From the NCBI GenBank assembly GCA_029261035.1, contig JAJDCD010000008.1:34313-98312 (forward strand): a stretch of 64,000 nucleotides of DNA, given 5' to 3'. This DNA is from Candidatus Omnitrophota bacterium (GTDB lineage Bacteria; Omnitrophota; Omnitrophia; Omnitrophales; JACROU01). The notes beneath the pieces are model-generated. The model was not told where the DNA came from and did no database searches. It saw only the letters and a list, made by a program, of their open reading frames with translations. Every line of letters begins with the position of its first letter. The stretch's first letter is position 1. Of this stretch, positions 43,201-48,960 are shown one piece after another. Position numbers and translations under genes: made by a program.

Positions 43201-46200
43201 ATACCCGTTGCTCTTAGCAAAAGATCTCGCCAACGATCCAATTTTTCATCAGAACCCTTACCTGAAATATCATTACGCACTAAGATTTCTAATATCTCAA
43301 AAACAGAAGGCCCTTCCGAGGAAACGGTAGGCTCTAAAACCAATGCTTCCTCCAAAAAAACTAAGTCCTTATATTTATCACTAAACATATCCCAAGGCAT
43401 TCCAAGAGTTTCCTCTAGCCCTGACCTATCATAAGAATCATTCCCACCTAAACTTTTAGCTTCAATCAGAACAGGAGCCCGAGATAACCAATCTCCATCT
43501 TTAGCTTTTGGTTCTTCCTCAAGACTCTCTTTCTGCATGTTTAAATCATCTTCCCACTCTCTATCTAAATTCAGCAATAATTGATAAACATCATCAACAG
43601 GAATATGATCTAGCCGTTCCAGAACTTCGATCAACTCAGGCCCCTTTAAGGTATCAACAAAATAAGGGATTTCGGTAAGTTCCAATGTTGTTGTATTGAC
43701 ATAGCCCTTTTCCTCCATCATTCCTAGAAGCTTTGGATAAAACACATTCAAAAAAACAAGCGAGTCTATTTTTTTCAACAATTCCATAACGTTGTTAAGA
43801 CGATCTACAATAGAGGAGAGCTCAGCTTGATTCATATTAGGATCTAATCCTTCTATTAATTTTAAAATAATTCGACCATTCCCCGTACTCACCCCTACAT
43901 TTCTCAAAAAATGCAAAAGGTGCCCCTCCGTTAAAAAAGAAGGATTTACTCTCCCTTCAATAACCGAATCCAAAAATCCAATAATTAAACTATGATCATC
44001 TTCAGTCAATGCTATTTCAATATCAAAAATTTGTTCTAAATATCTATCAACACCACTAATAACTCCTTTCTCTTTCAAGAGGAGTAATCGAAATAAAATT
44101 TTATTAGCTAAAAATATATGAGGACCATACAACTGATTAAATCGAATAAAGTCTTCTTTTGAATACTCCGATCGATCAATTTGATTGTTCTTAAGGAGCT
44201 CCCCCAACTCTCTGAGTGCCTTAAAAACAGATATTTGTATGTGCTTTTTTCCTAACGGGGTCTGTTTTTCTAACATGTTTTTGATTAAAGGAAAGTCTAG
44301 AACAAATGGATCAATTAATTCTTTTTCCACCAAATTCAATAAAAGATCTATTTCTTTTGTAACTAAATACACCCCCCCTGGTTCCATTTTTTGAAGGAGA
44401 TAAACAAAAAGGCTAAGATTAAAATATCTTTCTCCATCAACCTTTTTTAATTTCTGCAGCAATAGAGTGAAACGCTCTAAAAACTCATCTTCGTGCCCCT
44501 CATAAAGCTGCCTTCCGATAAGCCTTCCTATTAAAATTAAATCATCTTTTAGTTTCATGAATTCAGCCCCAGATCTTTCTTGCCCCTCTTCATCAAGAAG
44601 ACCTAAAACTGCATCTAAAAACATGCTGTACTCTTCTCCAAATACAAAAGAAAAGAAATAACGAAATTCTGCCGGCAAATCTTCCCATTCCCAACCCAGA
44701 CTCTCTTTCAATGAAGAATTATCATAAATTTCTCTCCCCCCTAAACTTTTAGCTGAAATTAAAGCTTTTCCTCTCTCTAACCATTCCCCTTCTTCACTAA
44801 TTTCTTCACTTCTCCCTCCTGCCCCTTTCTGAATTTCAACGCGCCATACTTTACGTAGGTTTTCTATTTTTTCTATAGCAGCATCCTCTCCCACTTCACT
44901 TGCAGATTCTAATATTTCTAAAACCGTTTCTATATGATAGTTATTTAAATAATAACTTTGTAACTCTTTATCCTCTACAAGAAAGCCTTCCATGTATTCA
45001 AATAACAAGCTGTAGTAAAATTCATCATCCAAAACACGCTCAATCCGCATCAACAACTCTTCAACTTCATTTCCATCCATAGTTGGAGAAATTCCCGAAA
45101 TCAATAATAGCCCCAACTTTCCATTTCCACTCATAACTCCCAAATCTTTGTACAACTCAACAATTCTCCAATTATGAATTAAATAAGTATGAGAGACTCC
45201 GTCCAAGACTCTTTTCAACAGATTTGCTAAATCAAGATAACTCCCACCATTTAGAGCCGAAAGGTTCGGTGGGAAAAACTGTTTAGCAGCATCTTTATAG
45301 CTCTTAACTTTTTCTTGAAACTGCAATTGAATTAAATGAACTATAATTTTAAAAAAGTTTTGGGCTCTCATGTTGCTTTGAGACAGTAAAGCAACCAAAT
45401 ACTCATCCTTTAAAACCCGTCGCACCTCTTCATTTTCCTTTGCCATCACACCCAAAATCTCCAGAGAATCAAAGCCTATATCTTCATTTTCATCCCTTTC
45501 ATTAACAATCAAAGCTTTGATTAGTTCAGGGTTCAATACGGATGCATCTAGTTTGCCATTACGCACATCCAGAATAAGTCGATTAATACGAGATAAACTT
45601 ACGTACGTATTAGTTTCACTCATCATAAAGAAAAAGAAATCAGAATTAAATTTTTGAGCAATGTTCTCATCTTTTAAGGAGTCTAATAAGGTTAAAGTTT
45701 CTGAAATCACCTCAGCAATGTGATTATGCCTAGACATCCCATTCTTGAAGCCAAGATCATTTAAAATGATAATATCTTTCCATTTCATTAATTCTTTTTT
45801 ATATCCCTCTACTGAGGATTCACCAACAAAATTAATTACCGCATCAAACAACCTTAACATTGAACTTTGAATCACCCGAACACTAAAACCATATTGCATT
45901 TCCTCATCGAGATCTTCCCACTTTAACCCCGTTCTCTCTTCAATCCCTGAAGCTTCAAAAAACTCTTTAGCTTCTACAAGACCTAAGCTTTTAGCTGTTG
46001 CATTAGTATTCACTTCAATTTTTTCGAGTTCCCCCTTCATCTTTACGACATCTGGCCAATGAACAATCTCTCTCACCATCCCATTCATCTCAGCAGGAGA
46101 GATCGTTCCCTGTGAAGCCATTCTACGAATCAACGATAATCCCCATTCAACAAGAGCTGCTTTCCCCTGCACACCATCCAAAAACCGAGCTTCAGCTTCA

Positions 46201-47642
46201 GCTCTTAAATTAGCAATAGACAAGACAGATGCTTCTTTTAAGGTCGCCTGGATTGCCAAATAATTGTCCATTCTTTTTTTGTAAGAAACGCTTTTGTTTT
46301 GGAATTCAAAACTAGGCTTAACAACCTGAATACCCCATCCTCTTTCTTCAAACTCTTCCTTGAGGCGGCTCGTATGAAAACCTCCCATATGAATCACCAT
46401 TCTACGATTCCCACCTTTAACTTCTTGATTTATCTTCTTCATAAAGCCCGATTCCCTTTGAATTGCTAATTCATAGTATTCCTCTATAGGTTGAGGTAGT
46501 TTTAAACCCAACACTTGAATCAACTCCCATTCTTTTCGAATTAGTTTTAGATCAAAAGCTTTTGTTTTTAGCTCCATTTCTTTTGATTTTAAAAACAATG
46601 CTTTTTGGGCTTCTGTAATCAATAAATTATTCTTTATTTCATCTACATATTTTTTTAAATCATAGAGTATTTGAATGGATAGGGCTGGAGGAGACGTTTT
46701 TAAATCCTTTTCTTCTTTCATCAATCTATTGGGTCCGAGAATCATCTTCATACTATGAAGGTACTCTCTTGGGCTAATCAAAGAGCTCATCCATTGTTGT
46801 TGAGTCGATCCCCACTGTTTAGAAACTTCTTTAGATAAACGCTCATTCTTGATTCTTTTCTCAACCAAAGGGATTTGCTTTTCTACATAAGGCTCCATTT
46901 CCCTTTGATAGGTTTCCCAATCCCACAACAACCTTAACTCTCCAGAAGCTTCCACTTCCTGAAACTTCTTTATGTATGTTAGCCAAACATCAATAACACC
47001 ACTTTTTTGATACATTCTTTCCTTTTCTTCCAATTCCAAAACCTCTTCGGGATAAATTTCCAACTTCTTTTGATTTAACTCTTCTAATTCTTGGGCTAAC
47101 ACCATTCGAGCATCCTTCAATAGAACACTGTTCTGTACGTCAAAATAGGCTTTAACGTTCTTTTGATATAAAGATTCTTGATCCAATCCTTTAAATTGAG
47201 TTATAAGCTCTCTATTCAACGCTGCAACCTCAGCGCCGTTCAAACGGCCTTCTTCTAATTCTTGAAGTAAATACGCTTGCTTTTCTAATCTATTCGGGTA
47301 ACTCTCAATTAATACACTCTCTAAAGGATGAGAAGCCCCTTCGATGAGAAATGCATGATAATCATATTGTTTTTCTAGTTGATTAAAGAGAGAAAGTATA
47401 GACTTCTGAGCCGCTATGTATCCATGAGCGTCTTCAACAATAACAACATCTACCTCAGAGCCTTTATGATAAAAACTTACTTCACCCTGATCTAACTGTA
47501 ATTGTTTGTAATTTAGTGTTGGTTTTGAAGGTGAAAAAAAAGAAGGATTAGCGAAACCCTCAGGTAGTAGCGTCCCCTGAGAGCAGAGAAAGAAAAATAA
47601 AACAAAAGTTGAAATGAGCCTATTTGTTTTTTTCATAATCAT
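28239..47642 (-). CDS. giant (6467 aa) midasin-like protein: signal peptide, about 2450-aa helical N-region, six MoxR/midasin-type AAA+ (AAA_5) modules, acidic linker, HExxH motif, GQ/GE low-complexity tract, VWA/MIDAS domain, about 620-aa C-terminal region
   Basis: One uninterrupted ORF of 19,404 nt. Six Walker-A sites lie at nt ~39945 (GVTSGGKTT), ~38490 (GQSGGGKSE), ~37375 (GETAGGKSS), ~36060 (GQTGGGKTE), ~35070 (GETAGGKST) and ~33030 (GHSGGGKTE). Odd modules carry TRIQMNxRTDExDLFGS, cf. MoxR RIQFTPDLLPSD and midasin RINNHEHTDLQEYIGSY. Acidic stretch EQEDVVLLEEPSDPKSPEQRSELEPQ...ENADELEDLPDD. HEAMH at 32053-32067. GKGGQGQGQGQGQGQGEGEGE at ~31350-31400. MIDAS motif LLIDQSGSMSG at ~30707-30745. 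Confidence 0.85.
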   Translation of the reverse strand: MIMKKTNRLISTFVLFFFLCSQGTLLPEGFANPSFFSPSKPTLNYKQLQLDQGEVSFYHKGSEVDVVIVEDAHGYIAAQKSILSLFNQLEKQYDYHAFLIEGASHPLESVLIESYPNRLEKQAYLLQELEEGRLNGAEVAALNRELITQFKGLDQESLYQKNVKAYFDVQNSVLLKDARMVLAQELEELNQKKLEIYPEEVLELEEKERMYQKSGVIDVWLTYIKKFQEVEASGELRLLWDWETYQREMEPYVEKQIPLVEKRIKNERLSKEVSKQWGSTQQQWMSSLISPREYLHSMKMILGPNRLMKEEKDLKTSPPALSIQILYDLKKYVDEIKNNLLITEAQKALFLKSKEMELKTKAFDLKLIRKEWELIQVLGLKLPQPIEEYYELAIQRESGFMKKINQEVKGGNRRMVIHMGGFHTSRLKEEFEERGWGIQVVKPSFEFQNKSVSYKKRMDNYLAIQATLKEASVLSIANLRAEAEARFLDGVQGKAALVEWGLSLIRRMASQGTISPAEMNGMVREIVHWPDVVKMKGELEKIEVNTNATAKSLGLVEAKEFFEASGIEERTGLKWEDLDEEMQYGFSVRVIQSSMLRLFDAVINFVGESSVEGYKKELMKWKDIIILNDLGFKNGMSRHNHIAEVISETLTLLDSLKDENIAQKFNSDFFFFMMSETNTYVSLSRINRLILDVRNGKLDASVLNPELIKALIVNERDENEDIGFDSLEILGVMAKENEEVRRVLKDEYLVALLSQSNMRAQNFFKIIVHLIQLQFQEKVKSYKDAAKQFFPPNLSALNGGSYLDLANLLKRVLDGVSHTYLIHNWRIVELYKDLGVMSGNGKLGLLLISGISPTMDGNEVEELLMRIERVLDDEFYYSLLFEYMEGFLVEDKELQSYYLNNYHIETVLEILESASEVGEDAAIEKIENLRKVWRVEIQKGAGGRSEEISEEGEWLERGKALISAKSLGGREIYDNSSLKESLGWEWEDLPAEFRYFFSFVFGEEYSMFLDAVLGLLDEEGQERSGAEFMKLKDDLILIGRLIGRQLYEGHEDEFLERFTLLLQKLKKVDGERYFNLSLFVYLLQKMEPGGVYLVTKEIDLLLNLVEKELIDPFVLDFPLIKNMLEKQTPLGKKHIQISVFKALRELGELLKNNQIDRSEYSKEDFIRFNQLYGPHIFLANKILFRLLLLKEKGVISGVDRYLEQIFDIEIALTEDDHSLIIGFLDSVIEGRVNPSFLTEGHLLHFLRNVGVSTGNGRIILKLIEGLDPNMNQAELSSIVDRLNNVMELLKKIDSLVFLNVFYPKLLGMMEEKGYVNTTTLELTEIPYFVDTLKGPELIEVLERLDHIPVDDVYQLLLNLDREWEDDLNMQKESLEEEPKAKDGDWLSRAPVLIEAKSLGGNDSYDRSGLEETLGMPWDMFSDKYKDLVFLEEALVLEPTVSSEGPSVFEILEILVRNDISGKGSDEKLDRWRDLLLRATGIFKYIKSLKSKLNRNKKIPVSENINTDVIRHFYKILEDVRILESLVDEDSRFDILFEMKVFDVFINNFGTGILDFKKMIEYFVDMDEVVENTFWDDLRKLLGDDYAENGPLVLDLLEKIESVGDYESLMDGYMDIQFLILIFGSRLKSEFLVNLFELYTQGRLKAITYTPEQIKEVYQEFHPLSLPQSFLLELANQNMDIGWDSQVVLNHLLNLQRRFNENNPKVMLKLSEQNRSFFRFLFSHLLGGINFNVSQEELLNLLERVYQAYEKYVIETRESKVPINLVRLERLFLLTNENIKSIETDEEEGGRYPYFLARKKSMEVLGVLEEIDKIGLVSVNEKLFQLSQIWVSEVENQVATVSVRSEDDWLSLSSVADAEAQSLGAKEKYDELGISSAGRLYIAWEDLDGELREVLAQNVDALLLLNEITKDRVPASRKDEVLSIIVSLSKQHSEFPDIFSKTLLFYQSAEAEESIFSKEDHFFKLILSAGDNLFLLIELFQGGEVISEMSSSQEEAVVALIKTILGRTYMDEYEKSGYVSQYHSKIIDFALSKIVHINKLANTENQMFLGKLDSLRRVEKHIVHDLDLLYQKPYVELLVNYVIKDKFYLLDYLESTSVNQPLPNMLKGWADDVEAKWGPQPDILALRDVTKAAILTSSGASQKELYHVFYELQKVISLFLFGKEESGANDEKLRTKFRKVLDEHGMEGFKVLTYIYLFGSKEEFDWLMNRGPEGYENSLSYIKSKMFPDATDFQLLTAIADISKSTYGVDLPFGKLGDIKLKTMLMRILKDYKGMVHNDIERFRTLGVILANMGVEDFVRLPLSGLRNFFKIEEGSAEETEILQIISQISRTAKDGTSALLREAMDLYKGMVGDSIKNLKDLLYTFRYFISIVNFHVDYEKALERSDIGLENNETLFVSLRDLKKTMSMVQSYYKDDGNISEAVSAAVRRRYYNRLNLDDKQKVRNLMIKHRLITEDDPLDFIYDFEEEIIEGEVRIKIYERRRPYQKTVRIVDQDDEGNDQYRFEVREIVPKEKRLLYSGMISVPISEAFPQVILNETTKRQIAHVLQGLDGGEDEKFNPVLEFGVTSGGKTTVASIVSHILNVGFTRIQVNQRTDEFDLFGSFQPREIKISLQDADKVIREALESNNLNALEDALVRMKIGKRGDFIQAFVSSPLERERITTLSLKDQNEWVVNKIKKLLSIYTGQSSHYLKQGEDSIKKGTKAWDEIRKIKSLAYILNNEVGLVYQEGRFLDAYRRGDLILLDEVNLANEEMLGVLYQMLTLGYIEYNGKVIEGEAGKIARLMATANPSSYEGRNRMSEAFMNRFEILNIDSIPDYEMANIIKGLVSRDYLGRDPDQVLKEEFGVNQDLIKYLAAIQNTINSKLLSGSFPRMGRDANYVFTMRNLLRIYQDVKELKEQGVVIDEQVWITAAYREYANILIRSPRYLDSMEDLSGKTIEIEDPEVEGGKRQRLIPGDSDFQNIRTIFSVHLGLTIKDFDEMIETSLTQFDDYEYIESESLVIGGISTQVNSEEPTERVVPPLIQTSSTKAIQYQIAKGLRRNEPVLMVGQSGGGKSEMIADLAYKLNWDYISVSLGDATLETLIGTMEYDRAEHRFIYRPGILIQAMEEGNILVLEELNMAKSGILEILNEYFDEGTFTNPFTGERVNIHHNFRLMATMNPIEGVSGENTGRVSLSPALRNRFREVWVPHEKTRSELIEIVEGRFQQKGLMGENAIQNIEKKTVERIVDFYLNYKRFFGNRLSDIYYTSIRDLTRIIYGMSYGIQELNQSENVALSLAIKRVYQSRIFEKSDGELLETLFPNIGIENVNLDSLNYEVVESGENRALNVYGIHNKVRVKVAQFDLSQLSKSLRQQIIEESDVALSEEEIERRLNVIVKDSQLVESPQTKANLMSLLATLSLSSNDVEAHKFNPTLLMGETAGGKSSLAKYAAVNLLGQSYTRIQMNERIDELDLFGSYEPREVDLSFEEAYRILMNSMSRKDWVKLRKSMSLLKHGEMDVDQIRRASSKTALYQAKDEIDMETMEELKGWLGNALSGTESQEKKAARRKVMNVAFILKNGSMNIDLEFREGRLLKSIKNGDVVVLDEINLASPEVLGVLYQLLTLGYVEYYDRQTKKIQKIRPAKGFKFIATANPATYAGRNQLGEAMMNRFEIHHIPNMTPEEMTEIISSEIKNTSVWEWEQYSLGLESAFKRLALFQKEVNRAIREGEFSNMDSSDPSKAYQFTLRNIKKIVKDTQMVLVSSDSSPPSPQILLREAYMNYRSILGRDDEDIKRLEVLFTSAEYFPKFEVPESPQKENTPKGLRMGDLFIPTRSYDDLPKGSSEADIIEELAEGKETNRIQYAIAKGLMDPKSTVMLVGQTGGGKTEMIGDLARRLRWKYRSISFGNANLESLVGGFEMEEDTKRMHYVPGALIQAMEEGAIFVIEEVNMATSGLIEILNEYFDEGTFTNPLTGEKVKIHPNFRLFATMNPEQGISSASGGRVGLSPAIRSRFNEVWVSHKKSKKEVQDIILKKFSNRQTNVSSSIVNRIYTIYSGFEKALEEGRIGTQNNEGYVTSLRDVSRIVDVISRDIQNGVSEDEALRHAVNRIYYLRLNNDDDRSVFKKDVASDLDLGSPFFEWKDEGDVWVVSRGSKVVARLEKVVLKERGFILTEESKALMSQIMDVMEHGSGVTITKFNGKKYHPLMLLGETAGGKSTMAELVAHVSGNRLTRIQMNRRTDEYDLFGSFHPVEIDMDEGKATEVLLEALEKKEYVRLERALKKLKISEDEMRLHLRDLIPKETTSEQLIELYILKYLLRSGVRGIDLNAKKKLLDLSVLLINGLTGIELIFKKGAFLEAYERGDVVLLDEVNLANEESIGVLYQLLTLGYVEFQGKKIYPGEGFQLIVSGNPSNYVGRNRMSEAFMNRFEIHHVRDMSVEEMTIILMKKYDLSKKGIRYRQLGEFVKFQIELNKKSMQGYFDSFNADQSYRFSIRNLERIIHDALQYSKEGSEEESLFDLILKTGYQEYYGLLSQTNSDDPFRNNNINKLNALFERFLIQSFDESLENNNAFQEVMKSDDGRAEVSIEEIIEKQAANFALEVEGALNLLRSIEWDDSKSDVDPDLKFRYLESQEEKLRAVNPDFFLSTNQAFGLMFRKESSGDGDEKTFLERFQTFSLELIEGNRLFFERGSKTLEMSDFRRASKAVTSNLKPVVAFEDIYIDGYKIRQTQNDLGEWIELNGVKVKKLDLNDMLNSFHIEVNALIQEGVFVSNEGGRLNPIDDSSMTRVMDEAVRDRDSDLPLKERYKKIISEFYGGMLQNLPENKLILESVIDKYFRSQAERIDKLVEIKSMGNVRSQILKGFRDGGTVKVRDSEGSTVEIHKSKPVLLTGHSGGGKTEMIGDIARELYWPYMSVSLGAATIESLIGSFVLDESTGTMEFKKGVLIQAMERGYALVLEEINMADAGVIEVLNEYFDRGTMSILEKGGVYVNIHPNFRLFGTMNPAEGRTGMNAGRVGLSPALRSRFREVWVRSQRRRDEMYQIMLGGIQSLVGRVLKLVQSKEINLDEQEDVVLLEEPSDPKSPEQRSELEPQMIQPSMTSLDSESSSLKDPEEVLMASMDVLSDRPFQELENADELEDLPDDSRWKLMGAEQRAEIFVQAFETVSKGTVNVEVRTGKDANWAFNRGKNMVIVPASALMEESLESVLGTAIHEAMHRYATWYSSLFYEFLKDTSLGATVFNIIEDGRIENWAKLRFKGAARFLKRMNDEAVFRTEDVEQLFKTDHSYSSILSNLMLWLAKRGDFDDSKDKFPRILEIIGEKDADLRKDVEKLLATGVFGTWDKDRYHYKGGDRDEILGKYQRAQMRSVFAKIPVTFDDVGLPRFQSELREGDVKIIELAREQGEMIKDIVMPVVYKWAVRDAQENQKKDKGKGGQGQGQGQGQGQGQGEGEGESGDGDLIIEGDVHIGPGAPPGGKPSKGKITIKGDLIIEGDMPEQPSTGDSSGEGATVEGKIKDKRKKKISDKDWKKIWEALGEKDKSKIVDEIKKGAAGNAKDRTKEDSTDYQDAMKDASINEPRSLRDNLMGWLGGTIMTLTGYLRDLIQNSLRPKEVTGMKKGRIDIRRLMNSMARGFVDMRFYKQKVLPQKKDIKFTLLIDQSGSMSGTPADSEANKPTHAGMAGYNALKGAVVFMETLQNLGIDFAVRGFGSSTHLHKRFKGQKTEPEDLREGADAVPQSYGTRREKEYLIEDLYRSIGAHGGTDDFSAILKSMEDIQKVGGERHYVFVITDGMGTRDQVMAFLEELRKKNGRVGGSVVDYVGIGLGTGTEDVIEVYGSQFSFSLKDNELSKLPETMKKVLSNIIQGVYSPGARGGSSSLSGSGREIVDATSLGGVIGVSAELTKNNLETIQGQSLGFEEDYEASILPERLGLSFEEFELKYPVVTQAVYKDVFFSFLEANPNMDEKFIERWIMIYLEMIRKMPRSTPVHFEALEFKKIITEAISNPEKNLFADIDLIELFVGLNEENWMYALNQFYLLSDSELNNYFFKKEWALLFLPGNYLNILNSLSSGISKGRLNGNIIRMDLLNLFTTAKEWLFLAYFFLYQIPLEFNENQIKNIETQIKEVLTIIFSRNDISEEAKRKMMLVLGKIGMNKDFRKIEEVLEVFERHGADDWEVLFQQLNKLFFAVSQSSETLVVPEDESPWLDREVLARSLGETLSLDVVLTHLLQEDFSSEVLLAEYLETALGVQLSKEYKRSFWQLYQSTREMPEVLTRAMEIATLMWSVDRRDLDQIKVNYSDIFIGDQVVDVILDLSSFEGLMKSFPEWIQQMKERDQLYILYNPRDHDERIKASEWMRKGSVLHGKTNIRFVKKQARRQTFSDRSDSLKIGIMTEGVWGEMESKIPEEYMTASYSKADGEIREGLAAFVFKLVLARAKVASDGVVIHPEWFEDTLGVKGIRLEGSHLVFDLLENLRLSIEAERLVAQAA
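30100..30780 (-). other. von Willebrand factor A (VWA) domain with intact MIDAS DxSxS motif
   Basis: KDIKFTLLIDQSGSMSG (nt 30707-30745), then downstream T and D positions (ITDGMG) consistent with a complete MIDAS. Confidence 0.7.
31348..31402 (-). repeat. in-frame hexanucleotide SSR (CCYTGM)n encoding (GQ)6(GE)3 low-complexity linker
   Basis: + strand ccctgcccttgcccttgaccttgaccttgaccctgcccttgacc; protein GKGGQGQGQGQGQGQGEGEGESGDGD, flanked by the duplicated motif GDLIIEGD. Confidence 0.8.
32053..32067 (-). other. HExxH zincin-like motif (AIHEAMHRY) between acidic linker and VWA domain
   Basis: The reverse complement of ATGCATTGCTTCATG encodes H-E-A-M-H. A possible third ligand Glu lies about 30 aa downstream (NIIEDGRIEN). 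Its position N-terminal to the VWA mirrors the putative-metallopeptidase+VWA partners of MoxR ATPases. Confidence 0.4.
32300..40150 (-). other. array of six tandem AAA+ modules (ABABAB) inside the giant ORF
   Basis: Walker-A positions listed under the giant CDS. Modules alternate between a GxT(S/A)GGK(T/S) class followed by RIQMNxRTDExDLFGS and a GQ(S/T)GGGK(S/T)E class followed by xGxAxLExLIG and NILVLEExNMAxxGxxExLNEYFDxGTF. Confidence 0.75.
47544..47642 (-). other. predicted Sec signal peptide of the giant protein (MIMKKTNRLISTFVLFFFLCSQGTLLPEGFA|NP)
   Basis: Lys-rich n-region, a 13-residue hydrophobic core and a small-residue c-region ending GFA. By eye only. Confidence 0.5.
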
Positions 47643-47691
47643 CAGTTTAATTCAGTGTATGTTATTGATAAACTTCAAGTTACCTACATTA

Positions 47692-47720
47692 AATATACCT
47701 GGAATACACACCCTTTACAA
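47692..47720 (-). promoter_or_regulatory. candidate sigma-70-type promoter for the giant gene (-35 TTGTAA, 17-nt spacer, -10 TATATT), with adjacent palindrome CTGTTA-tt-TAACAG / AAAACAGCG upstream
   Basis: Minus-strand reading: AACAGCGTTGTAAAGGGTGTGTATTCCAGGTATATTTAATG, about 45 nt upstream of the ATG at 47642. Hexamers were matched by eye only. Confidence 0.25.
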
Positions 47721-47869
47721 CGCTGTTTTAAAAACTGTTAAATAACAGCGCAAACATAAACTGATTCATAAAGGTTATATGATAGATAAGTGTTTATTAT
47801 ATATGTAGATAGGGTAATTTGAATGATTATTATGAATATACGAATACTTGTTCGACTAGATTAAGAAAA

Positions 47870-48886
47870 TCACAGGTCTCTTCCCAGTGCCTGAGCAATG
47901 CTCTTTAACTCAACCATAAGCTCGTCATACATCTTGGGCAACAAAGCTTGAGGACCATCACAAACAGCTTCTTCTGGCTTATCATGAACTTCTACGATAA
48001 TACCATCGGCACCTGCCGCAATAGCCGCCCTGGAAATAGCTGAAACATAAGCACGCTTTCCAGCAGCGTGAGAAGGATCAATAATTACCGGAAGATGTGT
48101 TTTTTCTTTTAGAACAGGAATTGAACCAATATCTAAAGTAAAACGCGTGGATGTTTCGAAAGTACGAATACCTCGTTCACAAAGCATCACTTGATGATTT
48201 CCTTGAGAATAAATATATTCAGCGGCCATCAAGAAATCCTTGATCGTATTCGCCATCCCTCTTTTTAACAAAACAGGCTTTTTACTTTTACCCACCTCTT
48301 TGAGTAAATTATAATTTTGCATGTTACGAGCACCAATTTGAATCACATCTGCATATTTTTCAAACAAAGGTAAATCTCGAACATCCATCATTTCTGTGAC
48401 GACAAGAAGTCCTGTAGCTTTTTTAGCTTGAGCTAAATACTTAAGACCTTCCTCCCCTAAACCTTGAAAGTCATAAGGAGAAGTTCTTGGCTTATATGCG
48501 CCTCCACGAAGAAACTTTGCCCCTTTTTTCTTTACATGCTTTGCCAAATACATCAAACGCTCTTTACTTTCAATCGTACAAGGCCCCGCCATTACAACGA
48601 TTTTCTTTCCCCCAACAACAATATTTTTTCCTAATTTGATCTCACTGGGTTTGTTATGAAATTCTTTAGAAACCATTTTGTATGGTTCTTGAACTGCAAT
48701 AACCTTCTCAACTCCAGGATAAACTTCTAACGGCTGAGTTCTAAGTTTAGCCTCATCTCCAATAACACCAATAACGGTTCTCTCAATTCCTTGAGACACT
48801 TTAGGCTCCAACTTCAATTCTTTTAGTTTCTCTAAAATATGATCAATTTCTTTTTTTGATGCTTTAGGTTTAAAAATGATAACCAT
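47870..48886 (-). CDS. 3-deoxy-D-arabino-heptulosonate 7-phosphate synthase, type I-beta with N-terminal ferredoxin-like regulatory domain (KDO8PS-like fold)
   Basis: 338 aa, the same length as Thermotoga-type DAHPS. About 70-aa N-terminal extension, then [13 protein letters not shown]...[23 protein letters not shown]...[13 protein letters not shown]. Confidence 0.75.
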   Translation of the reverse strand: MVIIFKPKASKKEIDHILEKLKELKLEPKVSQGIERTVIGVIGDEAKLRTQPLEVYPGVEKVIAVQEPYKMVSKEFHNKPSEIKLGKNIVVGGKKIVVMAGPCTIESKERLMYLAKHVKKKGAKFLRGGAYKPRTSPYDFQGLGEEGLKYLAQAKKATGLLVVTEMMDVRDLPLFEKYADVIQIGARNMQNYNLLKEVGKSKKPVLLKRGMANTIKDFLMAAEYIYSQGNHQVMLCERGIRTFETSTRFTLDIGSIPVLKEKTHLPVIIDPSHAAGKRAYVSAISRAAIAAGADGIIVEVHDKPEEAVCDGPQALLPKMYDELMVELKSIAQALGRDL

Positions 48887-48960
48887 TTCGACAACTCCTT
48901 TAGAACCCTAATTTTTATAAACTCAAATACTAACTCGCAAAATCGGATAAATCAAATTTT

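Noticed and set aside
29045-45082. About a dozen small + strand ORFs (60-102 aa) inside the giant gene, e.g. 31036..31305, 31302..31508, 35122..35370, 43126..43434
   Set aside because: They are antisense to a continuous 6467-codon ORF with a clear domain structure. Low-complexity translations such as LSLPLPLTLTLTLPL come from the GQ-repeat antisense. They are chance ORFs in AT-rich DNA.
28239-47642. Possibility that the giant ORF is an assembly artefact or a fusion of several genes
   Set aside because: No stop codon in 19.4 kb of AT-rich sequence is very improbable by chance. The six AAA modules are diverged paralogues, not identical repeats, so repeat collapse is unlikely, and the domain order forms a coherent single machine. 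The GQ microsatellite is still flagged as the one place where length could be misassembled.
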